A stretch of 50,823 nt of DNA from a virus (lineage: Duplodnaviria; Caudoviricetes), in IMG/VR virus record IMGVR_UViG_3300010005_000035, positions 1-50,823 of that record, one strand, 5' to 3'. The notes under the pieces were generated by a model, which did no database searches, had not been told where the DNA came from, and was given only the letters and a program-made list of their open reading frames with translations. This document shows positions 20,310 through 29,419 of this stretch, in pieces. Numbering within the stretch: position 1 is the stretch's first letter; each line of letters begins with the position of its first letter. The position numbers and the translations under genes were made by a program.

Positions 20310-20962
20310 TTCACGTAGCGCTCGAGGCGAGCGGCATACTCGGCCGGGATCGGCCCCCCGGAGAAGGACGGGCTGCCAGCGCTGGTCGCGTTGACCCAGA
20401 AATCCTGTTCGATCTCCTCGACGCCGTCGGTGCGGACGCGCTGGCGCTTGGTCAGCGGGTCTCTGCTCGCCTCGGATTTCCGCAGACGGATCACGTCACT
20501 TGCGACAGCGACAATATCCGCCGGGATGACGTCTGCTGCGAAGCCAGCCTTGTAGACGATGACGATCTTCCGCCCGGTCCAGCAGATGCGATTGCCGCTT
20601 TCGTCCAAACGGTGCAACAGCCCGCCTTCCTGCTCGACCTCGTAGAAATTGGGATCAAGCGGGTCGGTGGCATCATCGACGTTCACATTGATGACTTCGA
20701 CCTTGTGCCGGCGCGAAAGGACGATTGGGCCCGAGCGCGGGCAACGCACGACCTGCCGCAGCGTCTCCTGCTTCAGCGTCGGCTCGCCGCCATTCGCGTG
20801 TGCAATTCTGCAAGATTGAGAGATTGCCGCGCTGATTTGCACGTTCAACGCCGCAAGATTCATGTCTTGGCTGCTGTCGTTCGCAGCGAGGCCGTAGGCG
20901 AGGCGCATCTGCTCCGGCGTCAGCAGTTTGGTGTCCGACGCCGGAGCAGTCACAGTGAGCAT
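20294..20962 (-). CDS. Head-tail connector/adaptor (gp6-like)
   Basis: LLT...ISAAISQSC, IVYKAGF...IPADI, ARLERY; start reassigned to ATG 20962. Confidence 0.75.
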   Translation of the reverse strand: MLTVTAPASDTKLLTPEQMRLAYGLAANDSSQDMNLAALNVQISAAISQSCRIAHANGGEPTLKQETLRQVVRCPRSGPIVLSRRHKVEVINVNVDDATDPLDPNFYEVEQEGGLLHRLDESGNRICWTGRKIVIVYKAGFAADVIPADIVAVASDVIRLRKSEASRDPLTKRQRVRTDGVEEIEQDFWVNATSAGSPSFSGGPIPAEYAARLERYVNWVVA

Positions 20963-20963
20963 G

Positions 20964-21371
20964 TCAGGCCGAGGCCTTCTCGTGCTTCTCAAGCACAGCG
21001 ACGGCTTCGTCCTTCGTGCGGACCTCGGCGTCGAACTGCTTGGCGAGGTGGATCTGCTTCATGAAGTGCAGATCGCGCCAGTCGGCAGGGACCTCGGGCA
21101 CATCATTGCCAGCCCCCTCGCCTCCGACGTGGCCGCCAGCACCGCCGGGAGCCGCCAGCGCCTTCTCGACGCTCAGGAGGTGCACCTTGCCACTCTTCAC
21201 GTCGGCATCATTGACCGCCTCCGCAGCGCCGCGCTTGATCCAGCGGTCAGCGGAGGGCGCGGAGAGCGCATAGGTCTCGCCCTCTTCGTATCGCTCCTCG
21301 AACTTCGTGCCGGTGCGCTCGTCCTGCACGACGCGCGTTTCGAGGAACTTGATCTTGACCAGGTCTGCCAT
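20964..21371 (-). CDS. Head-region hypothetical protein
   Basis: GAAGGAGG RBS; ADRWIKRGAAE; C-terminal HeH-like segment. Confidence 0.65.
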   Translation of the reverse strand: MADLVKIKFLETRVVQDERTGTKFEERYEEGETYALSAPSADRWIKRGAAEAVNDADVKSGKVHLLSVEKALAAPGGAGGHVGGEGAGNDVPEVPADWRDLHFMKQIHLAKQFDAEVRTKDEAVAVLEKHEKASA

Positions 21372-21432
21372 GACGCCCTCCTTCAGGGCTGGCGCGCGGC
21401 GAGGTACGCCGCAGCGCGGGCTGGTGTGAGGG

Positions 21433-21879
21433 TCAGGCCACGGCCTGGTCGACGGCCGCCGGCTGTGTCACCGGGGAGTACCGGGCGCGAGTGCCGAGCA
21501 CGATCGCGGCGAGGTCGCTAGTCGCGGTCGCCACAGTCACCGACAGCCGGACGTGGGTGAAGCCGTTCCTCCGATCAAGCTCCTCCGACCGCAGGTTGAT
21601 GAGCGCCTGCTTGTTGGACTTGTCGGTTCCGGCCTGCGTGAGCTGGGTGATCGCCTTGCCGGACACGTCCTTGGCGCCTGTGCCGGAGCCATCGGTGGCC
21701 TGCTGCAGCTTGGCGTCGACCGTAGCGTTCGTGCCGAGGTCGCCGGCCATGATGACCGCGAGGATCTGGCCGTAGGTGGCCATGGAAATCCACCCGGAGG
21801 TGGCGGTGCTGGCCGTGGTGGCGTCCGGCTTGATGACCGAGACGACGGCCAGGCTTTCGCTGAGAAGCTGGTTCTTCAT
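21433..21879 (-). CDS. Probable head decoration protein
   Basis: Follows the capsid gene; LQQATDGSGTGAKD...GFTHVRLSVTV. Confidence 0.65.
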   Translation of the reverse strand: MKNQLLSESLAVVSVIKPDATTASTATSGWISMATYGQILAVIMAGDLGTNATVDAKLQQATDGSGTGAKDVSGKAITQLTQAGTDKSNKQALINLRSEELDRRNGFTHVRLSVTVATATSDLAAIVLGTRARYSPVTQPAAVDQAVA

Positions 21880-21904
21880 CGGGGTTCTCCGATCTGAGGG
21901 AACG

Positions 21905-21931
21905 AAAGCGGCGCGGCCAGTGAGCCGCGCC
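21905..21931 (-). terminator. Hairpin/terminator after the capsid gene
   Basis: GGCGCGGC-6nt-GCCGCGCC followed by GCTTTCGTT. Confidence 0.5.
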
Positions 21932-21939
21932 AGGAGCCG

Positions 21940-23220
21940 TTACGCGCGCTCGGCGAGCGTCACGAAGGGGCTGAGGGTGTCCGTGCCCTTGAACGGGGTC
22001 AGCGGCGCTTCCCAGATCGGCTGGCCATCGACCCGCAGCACGAAGCGGAAGGTCGACTCGTCGTAGATGAACCGGACGTGCATCGAGACGTCCTGCTTCA
22101 GCCCGCCCTTCTCGATCATCAGGTACTGGCTGAGGTCCATCAGGACGATGTCGCCCTTGTCGCCCAGCGCCGAGTTGAACTCGGTCGGGACGATCGGGCG
22201 GCCCATCAGGGTCGCGTAGGGCGAGCCGGCGATGGTGCCGTTCGGCAGGTAGATTGGAGTGTCGCCGATCTTCATCGTGTAGAGCTGCGGCTCGACCTGC
22301 TGGTTGATGGTCCAGATCGCATTGCTGCGGCTGCGCGACCACAGGCGAGACCACATCTTGACGATGTTCTCGACCTGGACGGTGTCGGCGGTCTGCGACC
22401 CTTCCTTCGCAACAGTGACCAGCGCGGGCGAGTTCATGATGCCGAAAGGCTTGCCGGCGCCGTCGCCCTCGAAGATCGAGTCGTCGAGCACGAAGGCGAA
22501 CTCCTCGGAGAAGGCCTCCTTCAGCACCGCTTCGAGCGCAACCGCGTCCTCGAGCAACTCGTCGGTGACGTAGCTGATGCCGGCGAGCTTGTGCAGCTTC
22601 AGATCCATCTGGCGGAACTTCATCTGCGAGGCGGTCTTCTGCTCGCCCTCGGCGGTCCAGTATGCGCGCACGCCGCCGTAGCGGGAACCGGTCGCGCGGC
22701 TGGTCTCCTTCACCGCGTTAACGCGGATGCCGTTGGAGTTGCGCCCGAGCGGGATCTTGCGGGTGCGCGGATAGAGCACCGCGCTGTCGTGGGCGAGCTT
22801 GATCAGCTCGGCGGCGAAATCCTGCTGGACGAGAAAGCCGCCATCGGCACCGACGCCCTCGCTGTGACCCGATGCCGCCTGGAAGGTCTGCCAGGTCAGT
22901 CGCGGATCACGATGAGCGCCATTGGAATTGGACGCCTGGGCGACCGCCACCATCATCTCGCCGAAGGACGAGAACGACTTGCCGTCACCAGAATTGTCTG
23001 GGGTGATGATCGCCGGGGCCGAAGGCGAGATGATCGCCGTCGAGCTCTTCAGCGCCTGCACTCGCTCGGCAGCCTTGATCTGCGTATCGAGCTTGATGAC
23101 GTTCGACTCGGCCGTGTCGAACGCGGCCTGCTCGTCGTCGTTGCTCGGGTGCCCGAGAGCCACCAGAGCCTCATAAGCCGCTGCCCGCTCCTGGCGAAGG
23201 CTCGCGATGTCCTTGGGCAT
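21940..23220 (-). CDS. Major capsid protein, HK97 fold
   Basis: N-terminal coiled-coil delta domain; DGGFLV, WTAEG, KLAG...VTDELLEDA, GDGAGKPFGI, RVDGQP. Confidence 0.96.
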   Translation of the reverse strand: MPKDIASLRQERAAAYEALVALGHPSNDDEQAAFDTAESNVIKLDTQIKAAERVQALKSSTAIISPSAPAIITPDNSGDGKSFSSFGEMMVAVAQASNSNGAHRDPRLTWQTFQAASGHSEGVGADGGFLVQQDFAAELIKLAHDSAVLYPRTRKIPLGRNSNGIRVNAVKETSRATGSRYGGVRAYWTAEGEQKTASQMKFRQMDLKLHKLAGISYVTDELLEDAVALEAVLKEAFSEEFAFVLDDSIFEGDGAGKPFGIMNSPALVTVAKEGSQTADTVQVENIVKMWSRLWSRSRSNAIWTINQQVEPQLYTMKIGDTPIYLPNGTIAGSPYATLMGRPIVPTEFNSALGDKGDIVLMDLSQYLMIEKGGLKQDVSMHVRFIYDESTFRFVLRVDGQPIWEAPLTPFKGTDTLSPFVTLAERA

Positions 23221-23247
23221 GGAATGTTCTCCTATGTTCAGCCCAAC

Positions 23248-23270
23248 AAAAAGGGGCGCCGAAGCGCCCC
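23248..23270 (-). terminator. Intrinsic terminator-like hairpin before the capsid gene
   Basis: GGGGCGC-TTCG-GCGCCCC-TTTTT. Confidence 0.7.
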
Positions 23271-23296
23271 GCTCTTCCGCCTTCGCAGGCGAAACC

Positions 23297-24181
23297 TCAG
23301 TCCTTCAGCGCCGCGACGCGACGCTGGTTCGTGACCGCTCGGCGAAGCCCCGCCAGCGTCGCGTCCATGCTCTGAACCCGATCAGCCATCTTCGCGGTCA
23401 CCGCCGCGCCGCCGACCTTCACGCCGCCCTTGCCGAAGTCGCTGCGCACGGTCTCGACCGAGACGCCGCGGCCCTTCGCGACATCCCAGATGAAGGCTTT
23501 CTCGATCGCGTCCAGCGTGTCGCGGATCTCTGCGCTGCCTTCATCGCTGGCCGGATCGGGACGCTTATTCGGCGCATTCGACGAGACGATCTCGATCGTG
23601 ACGTAGCCATCACTGTCCGGCTCGACCTGCTTCGGCATCGCGACGACGACACCAATCGAGCCGACGATCCCGGTGCGCTCCATCGCGATCTCGCTGGCCG
23701 CCGACGCGATCCAGTACGCGGCAGAGCAGGCCTGCCCGGCGACATGCGCCACGACCGGCTTCTTGCCTTTCCCTGCGGCAACCGTGTCGGCGAAGGCGTT
23801 AATGCCGGAGACCGCACCGCCGGGGCTGTCGATCAGCAGCAGGATGGCCCCGACCTCCGGATGCAAAAGCGCGGTGCGGAAGTCATGCTGCAGCATCGTC
23901 ACCGACGTCGCGCCCGACATCTCGGTCATCATGTTGGCGCGAGGGAAGATCGGGCCCATGACCGGGATCACGGCGACGCCGTCGACGACGGTTGCGCGAT
24001 ATCCGCCCTGCAATCGCTGCGCAGTCGGCCCGGCGATGATGTCGAAGTCACGGGACTGCCACTCGGCAGCCTTGACCTCCGGCGCATTGTGATTGCGCTG
24101 CGCCAGCGCGGCGATCAGCGGCAGGTACGATGGCTCGATCGCCCACGGCTCGCCCGTGAGCGCCCGGAAGGCGCGCGTCAT
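23297..24181 (-). CDS. Prohead protease, S49 family
   Basis: IDSPGG, ACSAAYWIASAA, VGSIGV. Confidence 0.93.
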   Translation of the reverse strand: MTRAFRALTGEPWAIEPSYLPLIAALAQRNHNAPEVKAAEWQSRDFDIIAGPTAQRLQGGYRATVVDGVAVIPVMGPIFPRANMMTEMSGATSVTMLQHDFRTALLHPEVGAILLLIDSPGGAVSGINAFADTVAAGKGKKPVVAHVAGQACSAAYWIASAASEIAMERTGIVGSIGVVVAMPKQVEPDSDGYVTIEIVSSNAPNKRPDPASDEGSAEIRDTLDAIEKAFIWDVAKGRGVSVETVRSDFGKGGVKVGGAAVTAKMADRVQSMDATLAGLRRAVTNQRRVAALKD

Positions 24182-24197
24182 GGTGGTTATCCTCGTG

Positions 24198-25517
24198 CTA
24201 GGCGTAGAGCCCGATGTCCTGCGCTGTGGGGCGCACGATCCCGTTCGGCCGGCCCTGATCCTGCTCGGCCTCGTTCTTCCCGCCGCCGGGCGTCGTCATG
24301 TTCATTGGCGACAGGTATTCCTTGCCCTGACCGTCAGGCAGATCGTCCATGTTTTCGCGAGCGCGAACATCATCGGCGCTGAGCCAACCCCACTGCCGCC
24401 CGATTGCATAGGCGCGATAGCGGCTCTGGATGTCCCCCTTCATCAGGCCGTCGAGGTTGAGCTCGATGTAATAGCCGGACTCCCGCTCAGCGACGCTCAG
24501 GCAGGCGATCTCCAGCGCGGACTGCATTGACTCGGCAAGCGAGGACAGAGCGCCGGTGACATAGTCGATGCCCTGGTGCTCGATGTTGTTGTTCGTGGCG
24601 CGATCAAGGATGCCGATCTTGTGCGGCGGCACTCCGAACATCGTGCAGAACTGGACCGCTTGTTCCTTGCGAGTCTCCAGCAGCTGGCTGTCGGTCGGCT
24701 TGAACGACAGCTCGCGCAGCTTCATCCCAAGCTCTGTGATGGCGATCTTGTGTGCGTTGTCGACACCGCCGAGTGCCCGTTCCAACCCGGCGCGGATGCG
24801 GCGAGCAACCTCATCATTCGGGATGCGCTTGTCGTACTCCAGCACGAGCGAGGGCCGGGCTCCGTTTGAGAAGAACTTTGCTGCGAAGCGCTCAGCAGCA
24901 AGCGCCAGCGCGATCGTCTCCTTGTTCTGATCGAGCGGCGAGATACCGACGATGCCACCGTTCTTCCCCCGATCGGTCGAGCCGCGGTAGGCCATGTGGA
25001 CCACGTCCTGCCAGGAAAGCCCTCGGAGCGTGATGGTCTCGCTCACCGCGACGTCGAAAACCGGCTCGCCATCCTCCGTCCAACGGATCTGCGTGTGCCC
25101 GTGCTTCAAAGGCTGCAGGCGCTCCAGTTGACCTGATCCATCGCGGATCGAGCGAGCGAAGCCGTTGCCTCGGGTAAGAGCGTTGTGAGCCAGCGCACGC
25201 CGGAACTGGAATGACGAGAGCCAGGGCGCCGCGGATTCCTTGATCACGCGATAGGCCGGGTGTTCCTCAGCCGGAACTCGCCGCCCGTCGCCCTTCTTCT
25301 TGTAGAGGATGGCCGGCACCTTTGCGATGTCGTCCTCCAGCACCTGCACGCACGCGGCGATGCCCGGCATCGTCAGTGCGTCCTCGACGCTGACCCGGAG
25401 CCCGGTTCTCGACACGATGCCGCCGAGCAGCTCGCCGAGCACTTCGCTGCTGTCGAGATCGCGATACCGCGTCTGCGCCGAGGAGCCCGCCCCCAGCAAG
25501 CGACCGAAGAAGCCCAT
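24198..25517 (-). CDS. Portal protein, HK97 family
   Basis: LTRGNGFA, GISP, FFSNGARPS, FGVPPHKIG, NNIEHQ, VRARENM. Confidence 0.96.
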   Translation of the reverse strand: MGFFGRLLGAGSSAQTRYRDLDSSEVLGELLGGIVSRTGLRVSVEDALTMPGIAACVQVLEDDIAKVPAILYKKKGDGRRVPAEEHPAYRVIKESAAPWLSSFQFRRALAHNALTRGNGFARSIRDGSGQLERLQPLKHGHTQIRWTEDGEPVFDVAVSETITLRGLSWQDVVHMAYRGSTDRGKNGGIVGISPLDQNKETIALALAAERFAAKFFSNGARPSLVLEYDKRIPNDEVARRIRAGLERALGGVDNAHKIAITELGMKLRELSFKPTDSQLLETRKEQAVQFCTMFGVPPHKIGILDRATNNNIEHQGIDYVTGALSSLAESMQSALEIACLSVAERESGYYIELNLDGLMKGDIQSRYRAYAIGRQWGWLSADDVRARENMDDLPDGQGKEYLSPMNMTTPGGGKNEAEQDQGRPNGIVRPTAQDIGLYA

Positions 25518-25696
25518 CAGCGGCTCCGAAGCTGCCCGAGGATTGCCACTCCGAACAGCATCGCGCCGGCGGAGATGAAGCCCGCAGGCGGGTAATGGAG
25601 ATAGCCGCCGTAGCCGACCAGCGCGGCTCCGAGCAGCGCCACCACCAGCCGGACGCCGTCGGCGACCACATCTGCGGGCTCGGGACGCTCTGCCAT
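25517..25696 (-). CDS. Small two-TM protein between terminase and portal
   Basis: MAERPEPADVVADGVRLVVALLGAALVGYGGYLHYPPAGFISAG; TGATG coupling on both sides. Confidence 0.7.
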   Translation of the reverse strand: MAERPEPADVVADGVRLVVALLGAALVGYGGYLHYPPAGFISAGAMLFGVAILGQLRSR

Positions 25697-27393
25697 CACG
25701 CCCAGACCGGTATGTCGTAGTCGGCTGGCATGTTCGTGTCCGGTTCCGGGTTTTCGAGCATCAGCCAGGCGCAGTCGAACATCGCCATGAGCGGGTCGAT
25801 CTTGCCGTAACCGGATGCCTCGCGAGCGATGCGAATGCCCGTGGTCGTTGGAACGACGATGGCGTTGTGAGCGCACCAGTTCATCATCGCTCGCCCGCTA
25901 TGCTTGAACGATCCATCGGCGAGCTTGCGCTCGACCACCTTGATCGCGCCCATCAGTTGGATGCCCTGCGGCACCGTGACGAGCGTCTTGCTTGGTTCGA
26001 GGCCGATCGCGATTAGCTCGTCGATCAGCACCTGGCCGGCTCCAATCCGATCGAGCCCCATGCAGCCGAACTTCCCGGACTCGCGCACTTCCTGAACGAT
26101 GGCGAGAATGCCCGTGATGTCGTCAGGCAGGCGCTCGACTAGTGTCAGGTCACCTTCGCGCATGAACTGCTCGTAGAGCACGGCGTTGGCACGGCGCCGC
26201 TCCATCCCGATCGGTGAGATGAAGGCATGGCTCCAAGACAGCCAGCGGCGCGTCCCACGTTCGCGGCCGAGCACGCTGGCGCCGAACAGGTCATCCAGGC
26301 CGCCGCCATCGCCAGCGATCGTCACCACCTCACTGCGGTTGAGCAACTCGCTCAACGTCAGAGCCCGTTCGGCCCCGCTCGTCCAGAGCCTGGCGCCGGA
26401 CCAGCCATCAGCACGCAGCGCGCCGGCGATCTCGACGTTGAGGTGCTTGGCGAGGAAGACGTTGCGGGTCTCAGGGCCCTTCTGCTGCTCCTTCTCGAGC
26501 TCGTTCGATATCCAGTCGCGCCCCCACTGGGTTCGACCGATATAGGGGTTCGTGACGTAGAAATTTTCAGGCTTGAGATAGGCCTCGGAGCGGATCATTG
26601 AGGCCGGGAACTCGTAAATAACCGGCATGAACTTCCGGTCATCGACCTCGCCGTCCCTCACCTTCCGGGCATAGTCGAGCTTGTCCTTGAACACTCCGGC
26701 CGGCGGCCGATCGGACTGCGTCGTGATCGTGATCAGGAAGCCTTCCGGCCTGCCCACCAGCCCACCGGCGGCTTCCTTCATCATCGAGTCGGCGTTCGCG
26801 CGCGCCCCGAACTCCCAGAGCTCGTCGATCAGCACGAAAGCTGCCTTGTTGCCTGCCACTGTGCCCGCGTCGGCTGCGAGAATGCGCAGGGTGGCTCCAG
26901 TTTTCAGGTGCGTAATGGTCCGCAGGTGATCCTGGATGTGCAGGAAGCCCTGCTCACCAGCGTTGAGCCGCGGATCGGCGCGAACCATGTCCGCGGCCGG
27001 CTTGAAGGAGTTGCTCGCCGCCTTGATCGTGGGGGCGACGATGATCAGCTCGTTTGAATTCCGCCAGTTTCGGATCAGCGCGGTGAGCATGATGCCCGCA
27101 GCGATCGTCGACTTGCCGTTCTTCTTGGCGACGCACAGAAAGAACTCGCTGATCTCGCGGCGCCCGGTCTCGCGATCATAGGCCCCGAAGATCGCCTCGA
27201 CGAAATCGAAGATCCAATCGTCGCCGGCTTCCCCGAATGTTGGCCGGCCAGGCGCGTCGACGATCCTCAACGACTTGAAGACCGCGAGTGCCTCGGCCGC
27301 CTCATCGGGAAACAGCGCCGGAGCCGGGACGATCGAGCGCCCCTCGACGATCCTCGCCTCCCAATCTCGGCAGGCTGTGGACCACGACACCAT
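25696..27393 (-). CDS. terL: Terminase large subunit
   Basis: Walker A VAKKNGKST, Walker B VLIDELW, ITTQ, GDGGGLDD, KIDP. Confidence 0.96.
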   Translation of the reverse strand: MVSWSTACRDWEARIVEGRSIVPAPALFPDEAAEALAVFKSLRIVDAPGRPTFGEAGDDWIFDFVEAIFGAYDRETGRREISEFFLCVAKKNGKSTIAAGIMLTALIRNWRNSNELIIVAPTIKAASNSFKPAADMVRADPRLNAGEQGFLHIQDHLRTITHLKTGATLRILAADAGTVAGNKAAFVLIDELWEFGARANADSMMKEAAGGLVGRPEGFLITITTQSDRPPAGVFKDKLDYARKVRDGEVDDRKFMPVIYEFPASMIRSEAYLKPENFYVTNPYIGRTQWGRDWISNELEKEQQKGPETRNVFLAKHLNVEIAGALRADGWSGARLWTSGAERALTLSELLNRSEVVTIAGDGGGLDDLFGASVLGRERGTRRWLSWSHAFISPIGMERRRANAVLYEQFMREGDLTLVERLPDDITGILAIVQEVRESGKFGCMGLDRIGAGQVLIDELIAIGLEPSKTLVTVPQGIQLMGAIKVVERKLADGSFKHSGRAMMNWCAHNAIVVPTTTGIRIAREASGYGKIDPLMAMFDCAWLMLENPEPDTNMPADYDIPVWA

Positions 27394-27401
27394 AAGATTG
27401 C

Positions 27402-27851
27402 TCAGCGAGTGTTATCGACCGCGAGACGGGGCGGCGTCGGAACCGCGAAGGTGCCTTCCGAGGAGCTCTGCTCCGCGTTCTGCTGCCGAACCTCCCGCTT
27501 GGTGAGAGGCGCGGCCGGCTCATCAGGCTTTGGCTCGGCGCTCGGCTTGTAGCTGTCGGCCGCCGCGACTGCAGCGGCATTGGCCGGCGTGACGAAGCCC
27601 CATGTCAGGAGCAAACTCGCCGCCTTGATCGCTTCGACTGCGCTTCCATTCGCCACGATGGCATTGAGGCGTTTGATTGACTTCAACGCGCCCGCCTTGG
27701 CCTTTGTCGTGATGTCGCTCTGACCTCCTGTCGGACCTGTCGGCTCGTCCACCGCCGCGGCACGAACCGGCGACGGCACCTGAGCGACTTTTGGCTTGCG
27801 CCCAGCGCCTGGACGAGCGCCGCCGCGGCCAACGCCCTTTGATTTCGTCAT
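27402..27851 (-). CDS. terS: Terminase small subunit
   Basis: GRGGARPGAGRKPK N-terminus and C-terminal PTPPRLAVDN; upstream of terL. Confidence 0.75.
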   Translation of the reverse strand: MTKSKGVGRGGARPGAGRKPKVAQVPSPVRAAAVDEPTGPTGGQSDITTKAKAGALKSIKRLNAIVANGSAVEAIKAASLLLTWGFVTPANAAAVAAADSYKPSAEPKPDEPAAPLTKREVRQQNAEQSSSEGTFAVPTPPRLAVDNTR

Positions 27852-27879
27852 TCGACACCTACTCGGATCACGGATTCAA

Positions 27880-27956
27880 CCGGGCCGAAATTCTCCGCAT
27901 GCCCCCCCGTGCGGTGGAGGCCCCCTGCCCGCCCAAGGATTAGACCCGCCCCCCTG
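27880..27956 (-). other. Probable cos packaging region
   Basis: G-run-rich intergenic tract (GGGGGGCGGGTC...ACCGCACGGGGGGGCATGCGGAGAATTT) between HNH and terS, the usual cos position in HK97-like phages. Confidence 0.5.
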
Positions 27957-28012
27957 TTGAGGTCAGGCGAGTAATGCCTCTCAGTTCGCTTTGCGTGGCC
28001 GCTGGCGGGCGA

Positions 28013-28342
28013 TCAGCCCTTGAGCCTCGCCACCCTAGCCAGATGCGTCTTGCGGACGTGGCACGACGCGCACCGGCACATGCCGTTGTTCCGATCTAGG
28101 GCCAGGTGCGGCGCGTCCTGACGTTCCTCGATGTGATCGGCATAGAGGGTGACGCCTGCGCCTGATGGCTGGCGCGGATCGTGGTCAGGGTCTTGGCACT
28201 GGTAGCCGGCGCGGGCCTTGACGTCTTCGGCCCATGCCTTGTGAGCTGCAGTGCCCAGCTCGGTATCGGCGCGCTTCGTCTGTTTGGGCCAGCGGGAGGG
28301 TGCGGGGCCAAGCCGGCTTGGCAAACTGCGCAGGCGTGGCAT
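28013..28342 (-). CDS. HNH endonuclease (terminase cofactor, gp74-like)
   Basis: YQCQ...ADHIEE...NGMCRCASCHVRKT. Confidence 0.88.
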   Translation of the reverse strand: MPRLRSLPSRLGPAPSRWPKQTKRADTELGTAAHKAWAEDVKARAGYQCQDPDHDPRQPSGAGVTLYADHIEERQDAPHLALDRNNGMCRCASCHVRKTHLARVARLKG

Positions 28343-28371
28343 GCTCAGGATCTTATGGAGGAATGAAACCA

Positions 28372-28587
28372 ATGGCCTTGCAGATTGCCAACTATTATCA
28401 AATCGGAACCCGCATCTCAGTCGTAACAACGGGCGGATACCTGTTCACTGGCGCGATTGAAGTGGCTGGCTCTGAAACGCTGGTGCTAGCGGATACCGTT
28501 GTCCGGGGACCAGAAGGCGGCGAAGTGACCAGAGGTGCCAGCGTTCGAATCCTTCGCGATCACATCACAGCAGCGTGGGGCTCCTGA
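28372..28587 (+). CDS. Sm/LSm/Hfq-like small protein
   Basis: GGAGGA RBS; Sm1-like IGTRISVVTTGGYLFTGAIEVAGSETLVLAD and Sm2-like SVRILRDHI. Confidence 0.55.
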   Translation: MALQIANYYQIGTRISVVTTGGYLFTGAIEVAGSETLVLADTVVRGPEGGEVTRGASVRILRDHITAAWGS

Positions 28588-28591
28588 GCGC

Positions 28592-28617
28592 AAAAGCCCG
28601 ACCACGAGGGCCGGGCT
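28592..28617 (-). terminator. Terminator ending the late-leader RNA (possibly bidirectional)
   Basis: AAGCCCG...CGGGCTT stem followed by TTTT on the minus strand. Confidence 0.6.
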
Positions 28618-28622
28618 TCGCT

Positions 28623-28706
28623 TGGCGAGGTCTCAATCCAGTACATCCGTGGAGAGACGATTCGCCAGAATGATTCGCTTTTGAATCATCCGTCTGATTG
28701 CGTCAA
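28623..28706 (-). promoter_or_regulatory. Putative late promoter and leader hairpin (pR'-like)
   Basis: TTGACG at 28701-28706, dyad ATGATTC-N6-GAATCAT at 28670-28689, long hairpin 28623-28667, then the terminator. Confidence 0.45.
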
Positions 28707-28779
28707 CTGAATTTTGCAAAGACGCATAATTAATCGCCACGCAACTTGCGATGGCGCATGATCGGAAGCAATTGGCTGG

Positions 28780-29151
28780 CTAGTCATCGTCAGGCTTCGC
28801 CATGCGAGCGCCCTCGCCCGTTCCGTCGCTGTCATCGTAGAGCCGCACGCCTGCCTCGCTCAACGCCGTGCGGATGCTAGCGAGGGTGCTTGCCTTCGGG
28901 TCGATCAACTCGGCTTCGATTCGGGCGAGCGTGGCGCGGCCGACCTTGGCCCGTTCCGCGAGCTGCTCTTGCGTCCAGCCTAGCAGCGCACGGCCGGCAC
29001 GTATCTGGCGGGCGGTTATCACTGGCGCAGCATCCGGCTCCTGTGGCGGGGTAATCGAGGCGACCGCAGATGGCCGCGCTCTGATGACCGCCTTTCCCAC
29101 GCGACTCGCCTTCGCAGGTTCTGTCTCGACATACCGGATCGCCATCGACAC
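28780..29151 (-). CDS. XRE-family HTH regulator
   Basis: QIRAGRALLGWTQEQLAERAKVGRATLARIE...AGV. Confidence 0.9.
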   Translation of the reverse strand: MSMAIRYVETEPAKASRVGKAVIRARPSAVASITPPQEPDAAPVITARQIRAGRALLGWTQEQLAERAKVGRATLARIEAELIDPKASTLASIRTALSEAGVRLYDDSDGTGEGARMAKPDDD

Positions 29152-29171
29152 TCCAAACTTTCTGAGAAATT

Positions 29172-29214
29172 TGTATCACGCCCTATTGACGCGTCAATTC
29201 AAGTGATACATATT
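29172..29214. promoter_or_regulatory. Symmetric divergent promoter/operator
   Basis: TGTATCAC-5-ATTGACGCGTCAAT-4-GTGATACA; TTGACG-17-CATATT on the + strand. Confidence 0.7.
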
Positions 29215-29287
29215 CGCTCACACAGAACACAACAAGTGCTCTGAACGACGTGAGCCCCATCGTGGGGCGCCCAAGAGGAAAAGTCAG

Positions 29288-29419
29288 ATGACGACCATCA
29301 AGCACACTGGAGTGTCGTATCCCGCCGGGTCGAACGCGAAGCGAGCCGAAGGCAAGGATCGTCGCCGCGTTCGCCGTCAGCGGCTCGCTGACAAGCGCGC
29401 ATACCTGATGGGGGCGTGA
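29288..29419 (+). CDS. Small basic hypothetical protein
   Basis: GAGGA RBS; 43 aa; GTGA overlap with the next gene. Confidence 0.45.
   Translation: MTTIKHTGVSYPAGSNAKRAEGKDRRRVRRQRLADKRAYLMGA

Noticed and set aside
23226-23239. GTTC...GTTC repeat at the capsid RBS as a LexA box
   Set aside because: Spacer is 6 nt rather than the required 7
22078-24382. Long + strand ORFs (418 and 391 aa), and similar ones at 1116-2114, 6612-7820, 33825-34769, 38855-39853 and 46106-47311
   Set aside because: Antisense shadows of high-GC genes with clear functions; no motifs or RBS
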